Source of the DNA: Marsupella aquatica
Lineage: Eukaryota > Plantae > Marchantiophyta
Reading direction: 5' to 3'
DNA length: 64,000 nucleotides
Assembly (NCBI GenBank): GCA_973895155.1
Contig: OZ316897.1
Coordinates: 4,620,211-4,684,210, forward strand
A program made the position numbers and the translations under genes. Below are positions 1 to 13,133 of this stretch, in pieces (the stretch's first letter is position 1; every line of letters starts with the position of its first letter). Below the pieces are notes generated by a model. The model saw nothing but the letters and a program-made list of their open reading frames with translations, was not told the origin of the DNA and searched no databases.

Positions 1-201
1 AAATCAAATTGTGCACGCCATCCGTACACAGGCCATCTTTTCTCCACCTCTTTAATCAATTTTGTTCCAAACTTCTCGTACGCCCCGATGGCAAGGAGAA
101 GAGAAACCACAATGTATCTGCCATAGCAAACTTCTACAAATAAGCACACGTAATCCTGTGATAAGTGAATGAAACAGAGGGATAGAGACCACAGCACAGA
201 C

Positions 202-3200
202 CTTGCTGCTTGAGAAGGGAGAAAAGGGATCCATCTGCTTCATGACCAATAAGGTGTGCTAGGTACAATGAAGGTGCTGCATCATAGTTCTGAATCTCTG
301 GTGTGATGGGCCACACTAGCATGAGAGAGTGCCCTTCTCGTACAGGAACAGCTTTGACCAATAACTGTAAAAACGAGAACGAGATGTCAAACCAAAGAGT
401 GAGAGAGTTCAAAATGAAGGCATATCACACAGGGTGACTAGCTGACGTGAAGTCATACGAGGAAACCAATAGACTGACAATAGAGTCCGAGTGAGAATTA
501 TTCGCATCTCGAATAAAGGACCATCAGCGGCAGAGCAGCACACTTTTAACGGTGCAGCCAAACAGAAACTATCAACGATATGCTTAAGACTTTACTTGCA
601 AGTGCTCTTCTCCACATGGCAGGCCGGCAAAACGAGGAACGTCTTTTGCGGTGTTACGAACTTCACCGAACCTCTCTTCTATGAGTTTCTGAAGGCCGTC
701 TAAACTCTCTGCACAGTAACAGCAAACAATTCGGTCATCAGATCATCCCCAAGTCACCGTGAAATGACGAATTCAAGCACATCATGGGATTATAAACGGT
801 TGATAGCGCCACTGCCGACTTAAAATATTCACTCTCGAACACAAAACCTTACTGCCATCGACAGTAAAGAAGTCTGTGGATATATAATACTCAAGACTGT
901 ATCAACTTTCTGCAGATCAAACTAGTCCGAGTCCTCTAGAATGGGTCTATCAAGTTCCAAACTGACAGCTTATTGACAAGAATATGGCCCTAGTTTGTCG
1001 AGTTCTTACCTCTGCCATAGATAGCTAGACACATCAAGTTCGAAGAGTATCGTGCCTCATAAAACTTAATTAGCTCTTCACGCGTGTCAACTCCCTGTTC
1101 TTTGGGTCTAACTTCTAGAGTTTCCAAATTTCCTGCAAAAAATTCGTAAGAAGTTCAGGGCCCATCCAGGTCTAGATGATCCAAAATTAATTAAAAACAC
1201 TAGACAGAAGTTTATAGACGGGCTTACCAGTCCCAAATTTGTGGAATGGATGATCTTTGGAGCTCAGATGTCTTGCTAACTGTAGGTCAATTCACACACT
1301 GCATCAATTAGTATTCCAAGCAATGGCATTAATACCGATGCGGTCCATAGGGCACCTACTTATAGCACTCAAATATCCTAATAAGTTGGAGGTAAAATTT
1401 TGTAATCTAAATGGCTACATAGAAGATAAGAACCCATCTGCTCATTTCCTTCACCTGAAAGAGGAAACCCTGCAATTATCTTACATATAGAACACCTCGC
1501 ATAGTGAACACGTTCACATCTGATCTGAACTCCTTCCCTCATTATACAACAAAAGCCTCCGAGGTCTCTATAATACTTTGTTGAATAATATTGATTGCGG
1601 GTTTCATGGAGTGAAGTAATTAGCTCTTCCAGGAAGCAATTAAAGTATGAGTTGCATCTGGCCTACGTACCTGGGCCATGCGCCAGACATCCACGGTGAG
1701 ATTCTTGCTGTTCTCTGTTGAACAATGCACGACGCAAATCTTTCAGGTATTAGAAAATTCATCACAGAAATCTATTCAAACAGGCTTTTCTACTTTTCTG
1801 GGATCGAGGGTGCAGCATTGAGGCTCTACACTTCGTGATCGTCAGGGACGAGCCCTCCAAGCTAAAAACAATTAACTGTGACGTAATGGAACCACCTACA
1901 ATATTTAACCTACTTACAATTATGAGAAGCTACTATCCAATCCACTTTTGAAAAATACAATCAAGGTTAACCTAACGCGATAAAGACGGCCTTCACTGAA
2001 TGCGAGATTTATAAAAACTCTACGTGTCGTTAAAGTGAAGAGATTGAGTTACGAGCAAACCAGAATCGACAGCTCTTATCTCCCTCGAAACAGCATCTGG
2101 TGCAAAAAGAGGGCTGATGTAAAACTGGGCAAACCTGTCAACAACTAGAAATATCAAAAGCGAGCAGCTGCCTTCAACAAAAATATCAGAGAAATCTTAT
2201 CAAATTAGTTGCTTCTCTAAGAAACTATTCCGGCTCTCCAGGGATAAATTGTCGTTCACCGCTTTACCTGTCCAGTGCCTCCTCTAAGTGATCAACACTC
2301 ACTTCGAAATGAAAGTTTGTGTGCTCAGGGGCTGTATATGCATTTGAGTGACCACCGTGCTGCACACAACATATTACACCACAGACAGATCAGGTTCTCT
2401 TCACATTTCTTTGATAAAACTCGCGGATCATTGGCAGAGTGGCTTTGCTTGATCGCAGAATAATTTACCTCGACAAGAAACTTAAAGAGGGCGTCCTCCT
2501 CTGGATATTTCTTACTCGAGAAGAATAGCATATGCTCTGCAGCAACAGAGAGTCATGTTTAGGCTTATTTCATGTAAAAAATGACATGCTGTCATAGACA
2601 ACTTCATAGCACTGACCTGATACCCAAAATCTGCATGAAGGTATGACATGTAACTCCTTTGACCAGAATTTGGTCGGAACAATACACATAGGCTTATACT
2701 TGAAAACTTAGAATGTGTCTTCAACGCAAGATAAGTATGTACCAAGAAAGTGCGACAAACCAGGAAGCTCCTCAGGATCACTGAAAGAACCAATGTGTAC
2801 ATCCATAGCAGCAGCTGCCTGTACAGCGGAGAAACAGCGTCAAAAAGACTCCACATAAAAAAGAGACGAAGTTCATGGTATCTTCAGTCCCAGTCTCTGC
2901 ACCAATCGTTAATGAAGTATAAGCGCTATAAACTTCGGATACCTCACAGGCTAGGTATTTTTTCTGTGCAGTCGTAGAACTTGGTTACAAATATCAAGAC
3001 CTATCTGATTATTTGGTGCCAACGTTCCATGGAGCAGGTGAAAGTCCTCCTTGAGGTGAAGCTTCTTGTCGAGAGTTGTGTGCGTGGGTGGATGATTTTT
3101 CCTACTTGAAAGCTATGAAACACCCGCAACAGCCATATCGTAAACTGGCTGCTCTGAAAATCGGCCACCTGTCCCGTGTTGAAAGATACAGAACCATGGC

Positions 3201-4978
3201 AGCGTCTACATGTCCGTAAGCAATGGCCCATGTCAAATTATCTACGCTTGAGGGGTCCCTCGTCAAGTCATTTTTTCCTTCAAGAGAAAGTTTCCTGCCC
3301 AAGACTTCGCATGGTTTTCCGTCGCTTGCCGGAAAGGAACTTAAAAGGTGATCATCGAGTACGCGTGACAAATATTCCGTCAAGATCGTTGTCAGGCAAT
3401 GCAGGACAAGGACCACGAGTCTCGTTCATCAGAGGCAAGGATATATTAATCATGGCTTAACACCGTTTCAAAGCACTACCTCCTGCGTTGATAGAGAAAT
3501 TTCATTCCCATCAGGATCAGTAATGTTCAGGAGATTCCTTTGTGCGGCCACTAGTGAGATAATGCGCACTAAAGACAAACAAGAAGTTCTTGCGCATTGC
3601 TTCAACCCATTTTAATAGCCTACGCCCCACTTCCTCCTTCCCTATGGCCCTTTAAACGCTTTCTGTCCTTCGTCGTTTCCTCCATCCATTACTTGATATC
3701 AAGATCAAAACAGGAACTGAGGACATGCACAAAGAGCATCTGAGTCATTTTACAAGAATCTTGGGGTACGGAGTGTATGAGATGGTTGGATTTCTAGAGT
3801 TCATCTTGAAGCGTAGGCCCTGTTTGACTTTAGTCACCCGTAAGAGTCTGAAAAGAGTATTATTCATAGCTCTAACAACTTGACCTACAGGCCTGCCAAA
3901 CGGTCGTGTCTGTCTTCGAGGAACGGGAACGGGCTTCACTAATTTTGAAAGTTCATAAATTGCTGTTAACAAGGGAGAACTAATGAATACATAGAAGATT
4001 GCTATTGAGATTTCGAGACGAAGTAGGCCGAAGGCATACCGTGACCTCCATCTTCAACTTGGAGGATTGAGACGTACCAAGTCCGAAATAAAGGGCATGA
4101 AATCGTCTGACGTACCAAGTCCGAAATAAAGTGATCTTGGCGAGAGGGATCCGGAAGAAACCCTAATTCAGAAATCCACTCTTGTCGGTTTGCAATTCAG
4201 GCAAGATCTCAAAATAGTTGCACAGCGAGAGATTCTAGGCTGGTCTCCTTCATCGTACATATTAAATTTACACTGATAGTGCTGGTTTATGGCGAACCAG
4301 GCGAGGTAAAAACAGTTGAAACGGAAAAGATCATATACTCTAAATACAGGTAGTAACAATCACAATGAGCTTCGCTGTCTATCCCATGAATCGCCATCGT
4401 TGATTTGAGTGGCAATGTAAATAATGCCTCAAAAAACACTCTAGTGATATCACTGAATTATTCTTAGCAAACCAACTCCGACAGAGATTCTAAAGTCCAT
4501 ACACCAACAGCGCTCGAATTATATATCTTGACAGGCACATAATTGGCGGGCGAAACAGATAAGCGATTCACAAATATTTCCCAGGACATGTCAACATTAC
4601 GAGCAGTGAATTTAACTGCAGGAGATGATACGCTTGAAGGCTGTAGAAGATGAAATACTTCTGCATTCATCTTACAAACGTGAACATGACTGGGAAGTTT
4701 CGATTCCCACATTACTTCATAAAACGTATTTTGGAAAATCCTTACACGAGCAGCCAAGCGAAGCGGGATCGTCGAGCATCAAATTCACCACAACGGGAAC
4801 GAAGGACGACAAGCACCAGTGAAGTAGTCAGGTAAGTTCTGGCACAACCTACCTTGTCCGTGTCTGGATCGCTGATAAGGAGCACTTGCATGGCATTGCG
4901 CAAAACGATCCTGCGATACTCTCTCTCATCGGTGCGTGGCTTCAAGATGACCGGCTCCTCACGGCCCAAGGATCCCAT
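202..4978 (-). CDS. IDE: Insulin-degrading enzyme-like zinc metallopeptidase (M16A/insulysin), 5' part; gene continues beyond the left edge
   Basis: Exons assembled with GT-AG borders and consistent phases: 4978-4853 ([42 protein letters not shown]), 2818-2743 ([25 protein letters not shown]), 2536-2469 ([14 protein letters not shown]), 2359-2268 (HGGHSNAYT...LEEALDR), 2134-2061 ([10 protein letters not shown]...REIRAVDS), 1714-1671 (ENSKNL), 1279-1228 (HPFHKFGTG), 1132-1010 (NLETL...YSSNLMCL), 708-596, 364-202 ([14 protein letters not shown]). The inverted zinc motif HFLEH (HxxEH) is intact across exons 2/3. Confidence 0.95.
3000..3690 (-). pseudogene. Decayed ankyrin-repeat-like coding relic inside IDE intron 1
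   Basis: Frameshifted minus-strand pieces NDEGQKAF../[26 protein letters not shown] and [16 protein letters not shown] resemble the ankyrin consensus (D..G.TPLH.A...G..E.V..LL). Several stops and frameshifts. Confidence 0.45.
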
Positions 4979-6299
4979 TGCGGCTGATTCGAGGTGCCAC
5001 CGGACTGCACCAGCGACTCCCCGATGAAATATGGAACGCAAGACCGCAAGGCGATCTCCTGCGAAAATCAATATGCAGAATTGAATGCCTGGCCTGACCG
5101 GGGGAGAACGTCACTCTATTTCCACAGAAGCCTGCCTCCTTCAATCTCAAGCTCTGTCTACCCGTGACTAGCTTCTCCGTGCCCGTGTCGTCATATTTCA
5201 CATCACTCCTACCTACTACCACATGAGGACGCGGCTACACGCAACTCTCTCTGGCCGCGTGAGAGAGAGGGCGTCGTTTTGCACACTGCAGATTTGGCAT
5301 CTACCATAGACGGACAACGAATGCCCACTGCGGGTTCTTTCGACGAAACGTGTGTGTAGCGTGCAACACGAGTGATCAACCGAATCCGAAAGCAGGAATC
5401 CAAACCTACTCCCTTTGTCGGTGTACTCCAAAGACTCAGTCCTGTAAAATGTGGAAACCCTCCGACTCGCCAGAGAAGTCGGGATTCCGTAAATGAAGGA
5501 AAAATGGTCATCATTTTTATTAGTCACCGTTTTTAGACCATGTCCTATTAATAGGGGTCTCAAATCTTTGATGTACCTTAAACTCCCGAGTAGGTAATGG
5601 ATGAGGGACTCTCAAAACACTAGCATAACTAAAAGTTGTGGATTAGAGAGTCTCAAAACACTACCATAACCAAAAGTTACAAGGACACCACTTGTGTGAG
5701 GTATATGCTTACTCGACCCCGGTGGACTCTTTTCCTCCTTGATGGACCCCCTATGTTGAAAAGTGCCCCAATTGACCCCACTGACAGTGTCATACATTGT
5801 TTTTGAGTGGGAAGTCTGACCTTGACGGTTCACCACGACTATGAGGGCTTTGCAATGCATTTAGGCTGTGGTCTGCCCCAGTCGCAGTTTGCTCGCAGTC
5901 CGCCGTGGTACTCTTGCAGTTCGTCCATGGTAAGGTAGGGGCCCGATGCACTTTTAGTCTAAAGACTTAACTAGTTTTGTCTGCAAACGTGCAATAGATG
6001 AGGTTGAAGATCAAATTAGTTTTGTATACAAACTTTTAGGGGTTTACGGTTGATGTTCACCAGTGCCGCGGCCTCTGACAGTCTTCTATTCACGATTCTC
6101 GTTGGATTTTTTCTGAAGCGGACAGGGGCTGCTGCGGACGCGAGTTCTAGGTTGTGGTATTGTGGACGTGGGCGTTGGACCTGGGCATGTGCCCTTTGCG
6201 TGCTGAATTGTGATTGTTTTGCGTGCATCCTGGAGTTCACATTGTTTGATATTTTGCATTGTTTTTGAATTGACATGTTCTGCTATTTTTTGAATTCAG

Positions 6300-7563
6300 A
6301 TGGAGGCAAAGGACAAGGTCGAGAGGTTGGGTTTAATTTAGAGCCCACCAAGATAGCTTCGGAGTTTCATCTTTGCCATGGCGCCACGAGGTGCCAAAGT
6401 TCGTAAGGCCAAGGAGAATGAACATTTCCGCCACCGCGTCCATTCAAATGGAGACCATATTTTCATTTGCAGTGCTGGTCCCCATGTGCCATGGTTCTTT
6501 TAAAGCATTCCAGACACATGTTTTTGATGCACAACCTGACATTGCCGCCTGCTCTATTGGAGCCAGGGTTGCCTTGGTTGAGTTCTAAATTTGACATATC
6601 AATTTGTCATGCTCAAAAGAAGAAGCAGAAGCAAGGTCGAGTTGCAGCCAAGAAAGACATGAATGAGGATGCATGGAATCAGTTGAGGTCCATCGTGCAC
6701 CTTTGCTGGAAGTAGTCAAAAGCTCAAAGGAAGGCAATGTTGAAGAATAAGTACTATGTGGTATCAGCCCAACAACCGATAGTCCCCAAAAAGACTATTC
6801 TTGTGAAGCTTGTCAAGGCTGTGCACATTCACCCTCTGGTGAACAAAGGATGGTCATGTCTGGTAAATGAAGGAATGTATGCTAAGCTGGTTGATTTTGT
6901 GTCTTATTGTACTAAGTCCAACATCATTTCGCGATGGATTGTCATCATGAAAGCATTGGCAGCAATGCCTACAGATCGGAAATGGCAAGCCCTCATTCGA
7001 GATTGTGAATTGTTGGACTGCATCTTCCCCAAGTCAGTCAACGATGTCACTAACCTTGTGTGCTTTGAAGATTTGCAAGAAGGCAATGTTGAGAAGGCAT
7101 TGGCTTACCTCTCTCAAAGAAAGGCGCTTTTGCAATGGGTAGCCAGGCCAAAGGAGTTGGATTCTCCTGGAGCTTATGAAGATTACAAGGGCTAGAAGGC
7201 AAAACATAAGGCCAACCGCTGGTCACAATCTTGTGGAAGATTACAAGAGAAGGGATTGACAGCCATAGATGCCTAAGAGGCGGTATGTGCAGGCAGAAGT
7301 TTATGCAATCTGCAACTGTGAATATAATTTGCAGCATATTTAGTAATGTATGTTTCATTTATGTTGTATAGTCGAGATTAAACAAGGAGTGAGAGGACAC
7401 CTCCAACGACAGTGATTACGAGACAGGGCCTCAAAAGTGGGATCTGGCCCTGAATCTTGACGATCCTCAATCAGTTGAGGAAAATCCAGAGGATGGAGAG
7501 CCTACAACAACAACAGAGGAGGAACACAACGCAAAAGGAACAACATCGCAACAGGAAGATTGA
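6300..7563 (+). pseudogene. Degenerate ORF of unknown family, possibly transposon-derived
   Basis: ORFs 6467-6715 and 6737-7195 share one frame, separated by a single stop, and the frame continues past another stop. An acidic segment (DTSNDSDYETG...VEENPEDGEPTTTTEEE) follows at about 7390-7563. No motif recognised with confidence. Confidence 0.4.
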
Positions 7564-7854
7564 CAGTCGCCGACATTGAGCAGGTTTGTTAACTGCTTTC
7601 TCCTATTTTCTTAAAAACTCCAGGACCAGAGTAGGGGCTGCACGGAGGACCGCATGTAACGAGAGTCAATGGATTAGGGAGGCTGCCCATGAAGAGGTCA
7701 GCTGTCATCAAGGGCAGGATCAAGGGCTATGGTGAAATGGCCAGCTTGTCTTCAATTACTTGAAGAAGCTTTGGTCAGCTCCTGTCATCAAGGGTCAACA
7801 GTGTTTTATCCTTACCTCTATTCATGTTCAAAGAATGGGTAGTTAGGTTAGTTA

Positions 7855-8107
7855 TTCGGGGGGGTCACTTCCATGGAAGTGGCATATCATGTGCGACGAA
7901 GTATAGGGTCATTTAAATGGTTTTGGCGGAAGACTTATTAAGTCTTCTATGAAAATATAGGGTTATTTAATTGCAAAATGCATATGTGTCATCACATGAT
8001 TGGTGTCGTACAACTTTATGGAAAGTGACTTAGGGGGGTCATAAATGACCCAAACCTTTGCACGTGATGTATGACCCTTCATATACTGACCCCCCCCCCC
8101 CCCCGAG
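7855..8107. mobile_element. MITE, family A (TIR YTCGGGGG..TCA, 8-bp TSD)
   Basis: Starts ttcgggggggtca and ends tgaccc...cccgag, with imperfect longer inverted subterminal sequence. Flanked by direct repeat gttagtta (7847-7854 and 8108-8115). Confidence 0.75.
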
Positions 8108-8445
8108 GTTAGTTATCCATAATGTTGAAGCTTTGAGATGCCTTAATTGAGTCTCACAATTGACAATTTGAAAGGCTTAATTCACTGGTCACAATTTACA
8201 AACACACAAAATTACATACTGCAAAAACCATACTCCGTAAGGTTTAATAGTATGTCATTACAATAAGTCACTGTAGAGGCTAGTGAAAGAAAAACAAAAA
8301 TCCATAACCTTGTGAAAAAATTAGGACCATTTCTTTATGGTTGAATGTTATCATCCATAATTTCAAAGCTTTTTGAGACTCCCTATGAGGACAAAGGAAG
8401 TTGAGATTATGTAAATTCTGTTCGGAATGAAAGCCACCCATTGAT

Positions 8446-8680
8446 AACCATTTTTAGTCCATGCTCCTGTCAGAGGAAAATCAAGTTTGGTGGTCATAGC
8501 CTGCCCCAAGGAAGATGTTACTGTATATTGGTAACACTTATCATAAATTGCGTTTGGAGTGAAGTTACTTGTGGTAACCATTTTTAGTCCATGCTCCTAT
8601 GAGGTCATCTCAAAAGTCAGGTTTGGTGGTCATCGTCTGCCCCCTAGGAAGATGTTAATGTACGCGCGCCGGTAACACTT
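8446..8680. repeat. Diverged ~130-bp direct duplication
   Basis: accatttttagtccatgctcct...tttggtggtcat...gaagatgtta...ggtaacactt occurs twice in tandem. Confidence 0.7.
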
Positions 8681-9463
8681 GTTGACTGCCACTTCAGGCA
8701 GTCCTTCTCCACTTTTCTACACACTACTTCCAGGGGGGGTTACTTCTTGAACTAGTTTTGAGATGCCCTATTCTCTTAACTAGCCTATTACGATTAAATA
8801 GAGATGAGACGAAAAAATTCTTGCAAATGTTTTTGGGTATCCCTTGTTTTCTCTTTCACATTTCCCTTTAGAGTCATGGTCTAAAGACTTCACTCTAGAG
8901 AATAGCCCTAAATAGTAGGTTTCAATTGCACTTTATTAGTAAGATTTTTGTGCGGAATACAGGATATTGGTGTGTAACCATTTTGGGAGGTACTTGCTAT
9001 TCTCTCTCTTGCTTTGCTCCTAGAATACTAAGAAAGTTGTGTGGCTATCGCCAGTCAGTGTACTCACTTGGCGAAAGACTAGTATCTCCAGTCCAGATTG
9101 CTTTTTATCCTATACAAAATTGAGTGCCGGTAAATATACAACCCGGGTAATCTATTTCCATACAAAATTTCAGTATAATAACCAAGGCCGGGACAGGGTT
9201 CTAGAATGTAACTGCTACCTGAATGTTCAAAACTATTTATAGGTGCAATTGGTCAGCTTATTCTCACATTCCATGTGCAGGGTTTTAGCCTAGTTACCCC
9301 CACCCAAAGATTGGTTATCCTATACCTTACCCTTCCCTTGGATCCAACCTCAACGAAGCTCCAAGTATTGTCGTGGTCTTGATATATGCACATCAAAATG
9401 TGACAATCAACATTGTATTATGTCACTTTATAATATGATAAACCCAATTACTCTATTTAAATC

Positions 9464-9739
9464 CTCGGGGGTCACATCATATGGAGGCCTCCCCATCACC
9501 CGTGACATTTTCAGGCCTCAAACTCCCTAATTGTAAGAAACTTTTAATTCTTTAACCCCTCAAAAGCTGGAATATTCCCAAATTTTGATTTAAAAGACCC
9601 TTATGTTCTTAGAATTCTCAAAATTGGATTTTAAATACCCTAATGTTCTTCCCCCAAAACAATTCATTTAGAACCAATAATATAACCCTATCATTTGTCG
9701 CAAGTGATGTGCCATTTTCATGGAAGTGAAGCCCCCAAG
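9464..9739. mobile_element. MITE, family A, second copy in inverted orientation
   Basis: Termini ctcgggggtcac ... gtgaagcccccaag. TSD tttaaatc at 9456-9463 and 9740-9747. The right end catggaagtga matches the reverse complement of the copy-1 left end tcacttccatg. Confidence 0.7.
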
Positions 9740-12176
9740 TTTAAATCACTGTGTTAATCAGAGTACACCATATACAGTAGTCTCATTTTGTTGTGCAATT
9801 ACCCAAACACATATTTTTGCATTAATTTGCACATTCTATTTCAAAGTTTGTACACCCAATTATATCTCTACAGCGTCCCTCACCCAAGGAGAGTTTGGTC
9901 ATGTATGGATTTTTGTGAGTTTGTAGAGTATTTACTTACTACAGTACACAACTTGCTTTGGGTAGTTAATTATGCAATGATCTATCAAATCAAATTATAC
10001 ATATCTATTGTAATCAAATACAAAAGTTTGACTATGGAAAACAAGGAAATGCCTGACATCTTCTCTTCTATTAAACTCCCAAGCCTTCAAGGTGAACCGG
10101 AGCTTTAGTAAGTTTTGGCCATAGCCATACCAAACCTCCAAGTACAAGCTCTCCAAGAATGCTCCATTTAGCAACTAGCTTGCTCCGTCAACAATGAGCT
10201 TGAGTCTACAAGAGGAGCACTTCCTTATATGTTAGGAAGTTCTAGAGTTACGACTAATCACCACTAACACCCTAATGCCATTTAGCCTAAGAGAGATTAA
10301 CCAAGACTCTAGAGTTAACCCTAATATCACTACTATAGCTTTTCCACACAGCCACTCTTGAGATAGGAACAGGAAGGAATTAGAAAAGTCTTTACACTTC
10401 CCAAATAATAGTGGTCTAGTATTAGCTATTAACAAACCTTAAATCATTAGAATATAGGATCAGCAAATGAGTACCTTATGACAACCAGCCTTGTGTTATG
10501 TGCAAGTAGTCATTGCATAAATGTTGTTGGCACAGAAAATATGTCATTGCTAAATCTAAGTTGTGAGCTAAGTTGTTGATTGTGCACATGCTGGCAAGGT
10601 GAAAGCAGGAATCGTAGAATGATACGGATGACTCCAAGTTGAAAGTAGGCAATAGAAGGCGCAAAATGACAATTCGGGATAGGTGGGGCAAAAGCCGAGG
10701 CAAGAGCTATGGAAAATATTGGATGGGATTGTGAGTAAAATAGTGTTGTGCCAATGCATTGCAAAGGAAAATAAGCAAAGAGGCAAAAAATGCATTGGAG
10801 AAAAACCAAACTCCTTAAAATGGAAGAATGTGTCAAGTGACAAAGAAATTATCAAATGGGAGACGAAGATAAATACACATGGAATGGGGCCCAAAAAGCA
10901 GCAGTGTGGGGGGTGCCTGGTTTTTGTACTCTCCTTTCAAGTTTATAAAGGGATATTTTAATAGGGCCTATCATAACCTAGCCATACCAAGATAGTATCT
11001 TAAAGGCTAAAGGGAACTCCCATTAAAGTTATGGGAGCATATCTTCAGCCTGCACTCTCAACACTTAACCAATTACCACAGTTGCTTAACTCTACGTGCA
11101 AATACACTTCAAACATTTTGGACCATGCCTTGTGAATTTTGAAGAAGGGAAAAGTGGGATCAAGTGTCCTATTAAGTCATTTTCATAAGTATGGGGGCGA
11201 CAACAAAAGGGGAATAAATGCTATTAATCTGTTATGGTCAACCATGTTTGCAATGGAATAAACTGTTACCCTGAAGTTTGGGGATGAAAGCTGAAAGATG
11301 GTAATTACCTTGCTGAGTTAATTTGATCCTCTGGAATTTGGGGATGAAAGTTGAAAGGTAGGTGGGTTCTAAATGTGGCCCTGCCTGTTGGTTTGGACAG
11401 GGAAGGAAAGGGACATGTAGTTGAGATGGAGGTCCCCTGCCTCATGTGGCCAGTTAATCCTGTCTTCCCCCATTTTATAAAATTGTTAATCTGGTCCTGG
11501 AAGCAAATTTGTGGGATTATTGCCAAGCAAATACCTAAGGCCTGCTGTTGGGCATCTCAACTCTGAAGCGCCAATCCATACCTCAGGCTTGCAGTTGAGC
11601 ATCTCAACTCCAAAGCACCACAGACACGTAAACCCTTCCTGAATTTGTTCCTTTGTATATGTGTACAAGGTTATGTAACATTGCCCTCAGGTGAAACTAC
11701 AACCCCCTGGGCCAACCTGGGAGGGATTTGTTTAATAGACCCTCAAAATGAAACTTGTTACTTGATAGATCTCTTGGGGTCTATCAATAGTCCAGATCTG
11801 AGATTGAAAGGTCCATCAAGGGTCCAGATTGGGGAAAAGTATAGAGGAGGTTGATTATACAAACTTTTTCCAGAAGGGGGTCTATTAAGCATATCTCTTG
11901 CCAACCTGGCTTAGGGATTATAAAATTTGAATGAAAAATAGAGTAAAGTGAAAGTAGGGATTATAAAAAATTTGAATGAGAAATTGATCAAAGTGCAAGT
12001 GACAGAGTGACACTCAGACTCAACTGAGTGACGCTTAACTGAACTAGTGTGTAAAAATTCACTTGGGGATAATAACTGTAACCCCGCTCAGCACCAGCTG
12101 GGATTACAGCCCATTATCCCCCTCTTGGGGATGGGTTACACATCCCTTGCCCAAAAGTGTGAATTATGGAATTCAG

Positions 12177-12320
12177 TCACAAGTGGTAGGGCAAGACTTG
12201 TGTGACCTTGGCTAAAGCCAAAACCCAGATAGTTGTGCGGGTCACAAGAAGTAGGATAAGACTTGTGTGACCTTGACTAAAGCCAAAACCCAGATAGTTG
12301 TGTGGGTCACAAGTAGTAGG
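12177..12320. repeat. 65-bp tandem repeat, about 2.2 copies
   Basis: tcacaag..gtagg..aagacttgtgtgaccttg.ctaaagccaaaacccagatagttgtg.ggg is repeated. Confidence 0.85.
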
Positions 12321-13133
12321 AGAAGCATTTGCCAGTCCACAACTTTACCTCCGGGAAAACCTTGACCAAAAGCCAAACCCCAGAGAGTTGAGGTGCCAAT
12401 CCTCAGGCCATTAGTTTTGAGACACTGGTTATACCAGAGACCATACAAAAAACCCAAAACCCTTGAAACATGTGACACCTGTATTTTTTGCTCTCCTGGT
12501 GAACAGACCAGGGTGGACTTTTGGCGGGATTCCTACTGGAAACATATTCAATCACGTATCGCTTTTGGCGGGATTCCTTCTTATACCCAACAGGCCAGTC
12601 GAGTATTGAATTCCACAAGGCGATCACGTTCGTTAGGTTCAGTTCAACCTCATTTCCGAAATCTAAACGACATCCGTTGTGTTCGACAGAGACGACTCAG
12701 AGGGCAAAAGGGTTGGGTAGTGTTACGCAAATCTAATTTATAAAAAAAAAGACTTCATCATGAGCTATTTCTAACCACAACGTATTCATTACATGCAGCG
12801 AAGAAGAAAACATGCATATCAAAACATGTTCCAGTACGAATGCATTAGTTCAAACGAAAGAGTGAACAACTAGTAAGATTCCAATCCATGATGTTTGCAT
12901 TAATCCCCGAAATAATTACAGAGTTCAACGGAGTCTGAGGTCTTCTCGATGCAGCGTGCCGAGTGAGTCCACCAATGACGGTCACTACATCAGATCATTT
13001 TGAGTGAATGTCGCAGGTCAGCGAGGGGTTGAGTTGCAGCGAAATTCGGCATTTTGCGATTGTTGTTGTGGCATGAATCTCTTCAACAATCAATCCGACC
13101 TTGTTCTTCATCAATTCATCATCAATTAGTCAA

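Noticed and set aside
2560-2620. [16 protein letters not shown] as a degenerate IDE exon 2, which would make IDE a pseudogene
   Set aside because: The true exon 2 is intact at 2818-2743.
4071-4131. Small direct repeats of about 16-25 bp (also about 18024, 43570, 49913, 53896, 56975)
   Set aside because: Ordinary local slippage duplications, with no further structure.
6737-6790. KYYVVSAQQ as a ParB-like (YxVxxGQH) motif
   Set aside because: The key G and H residues are absent and the context is unsupported without a profile search.
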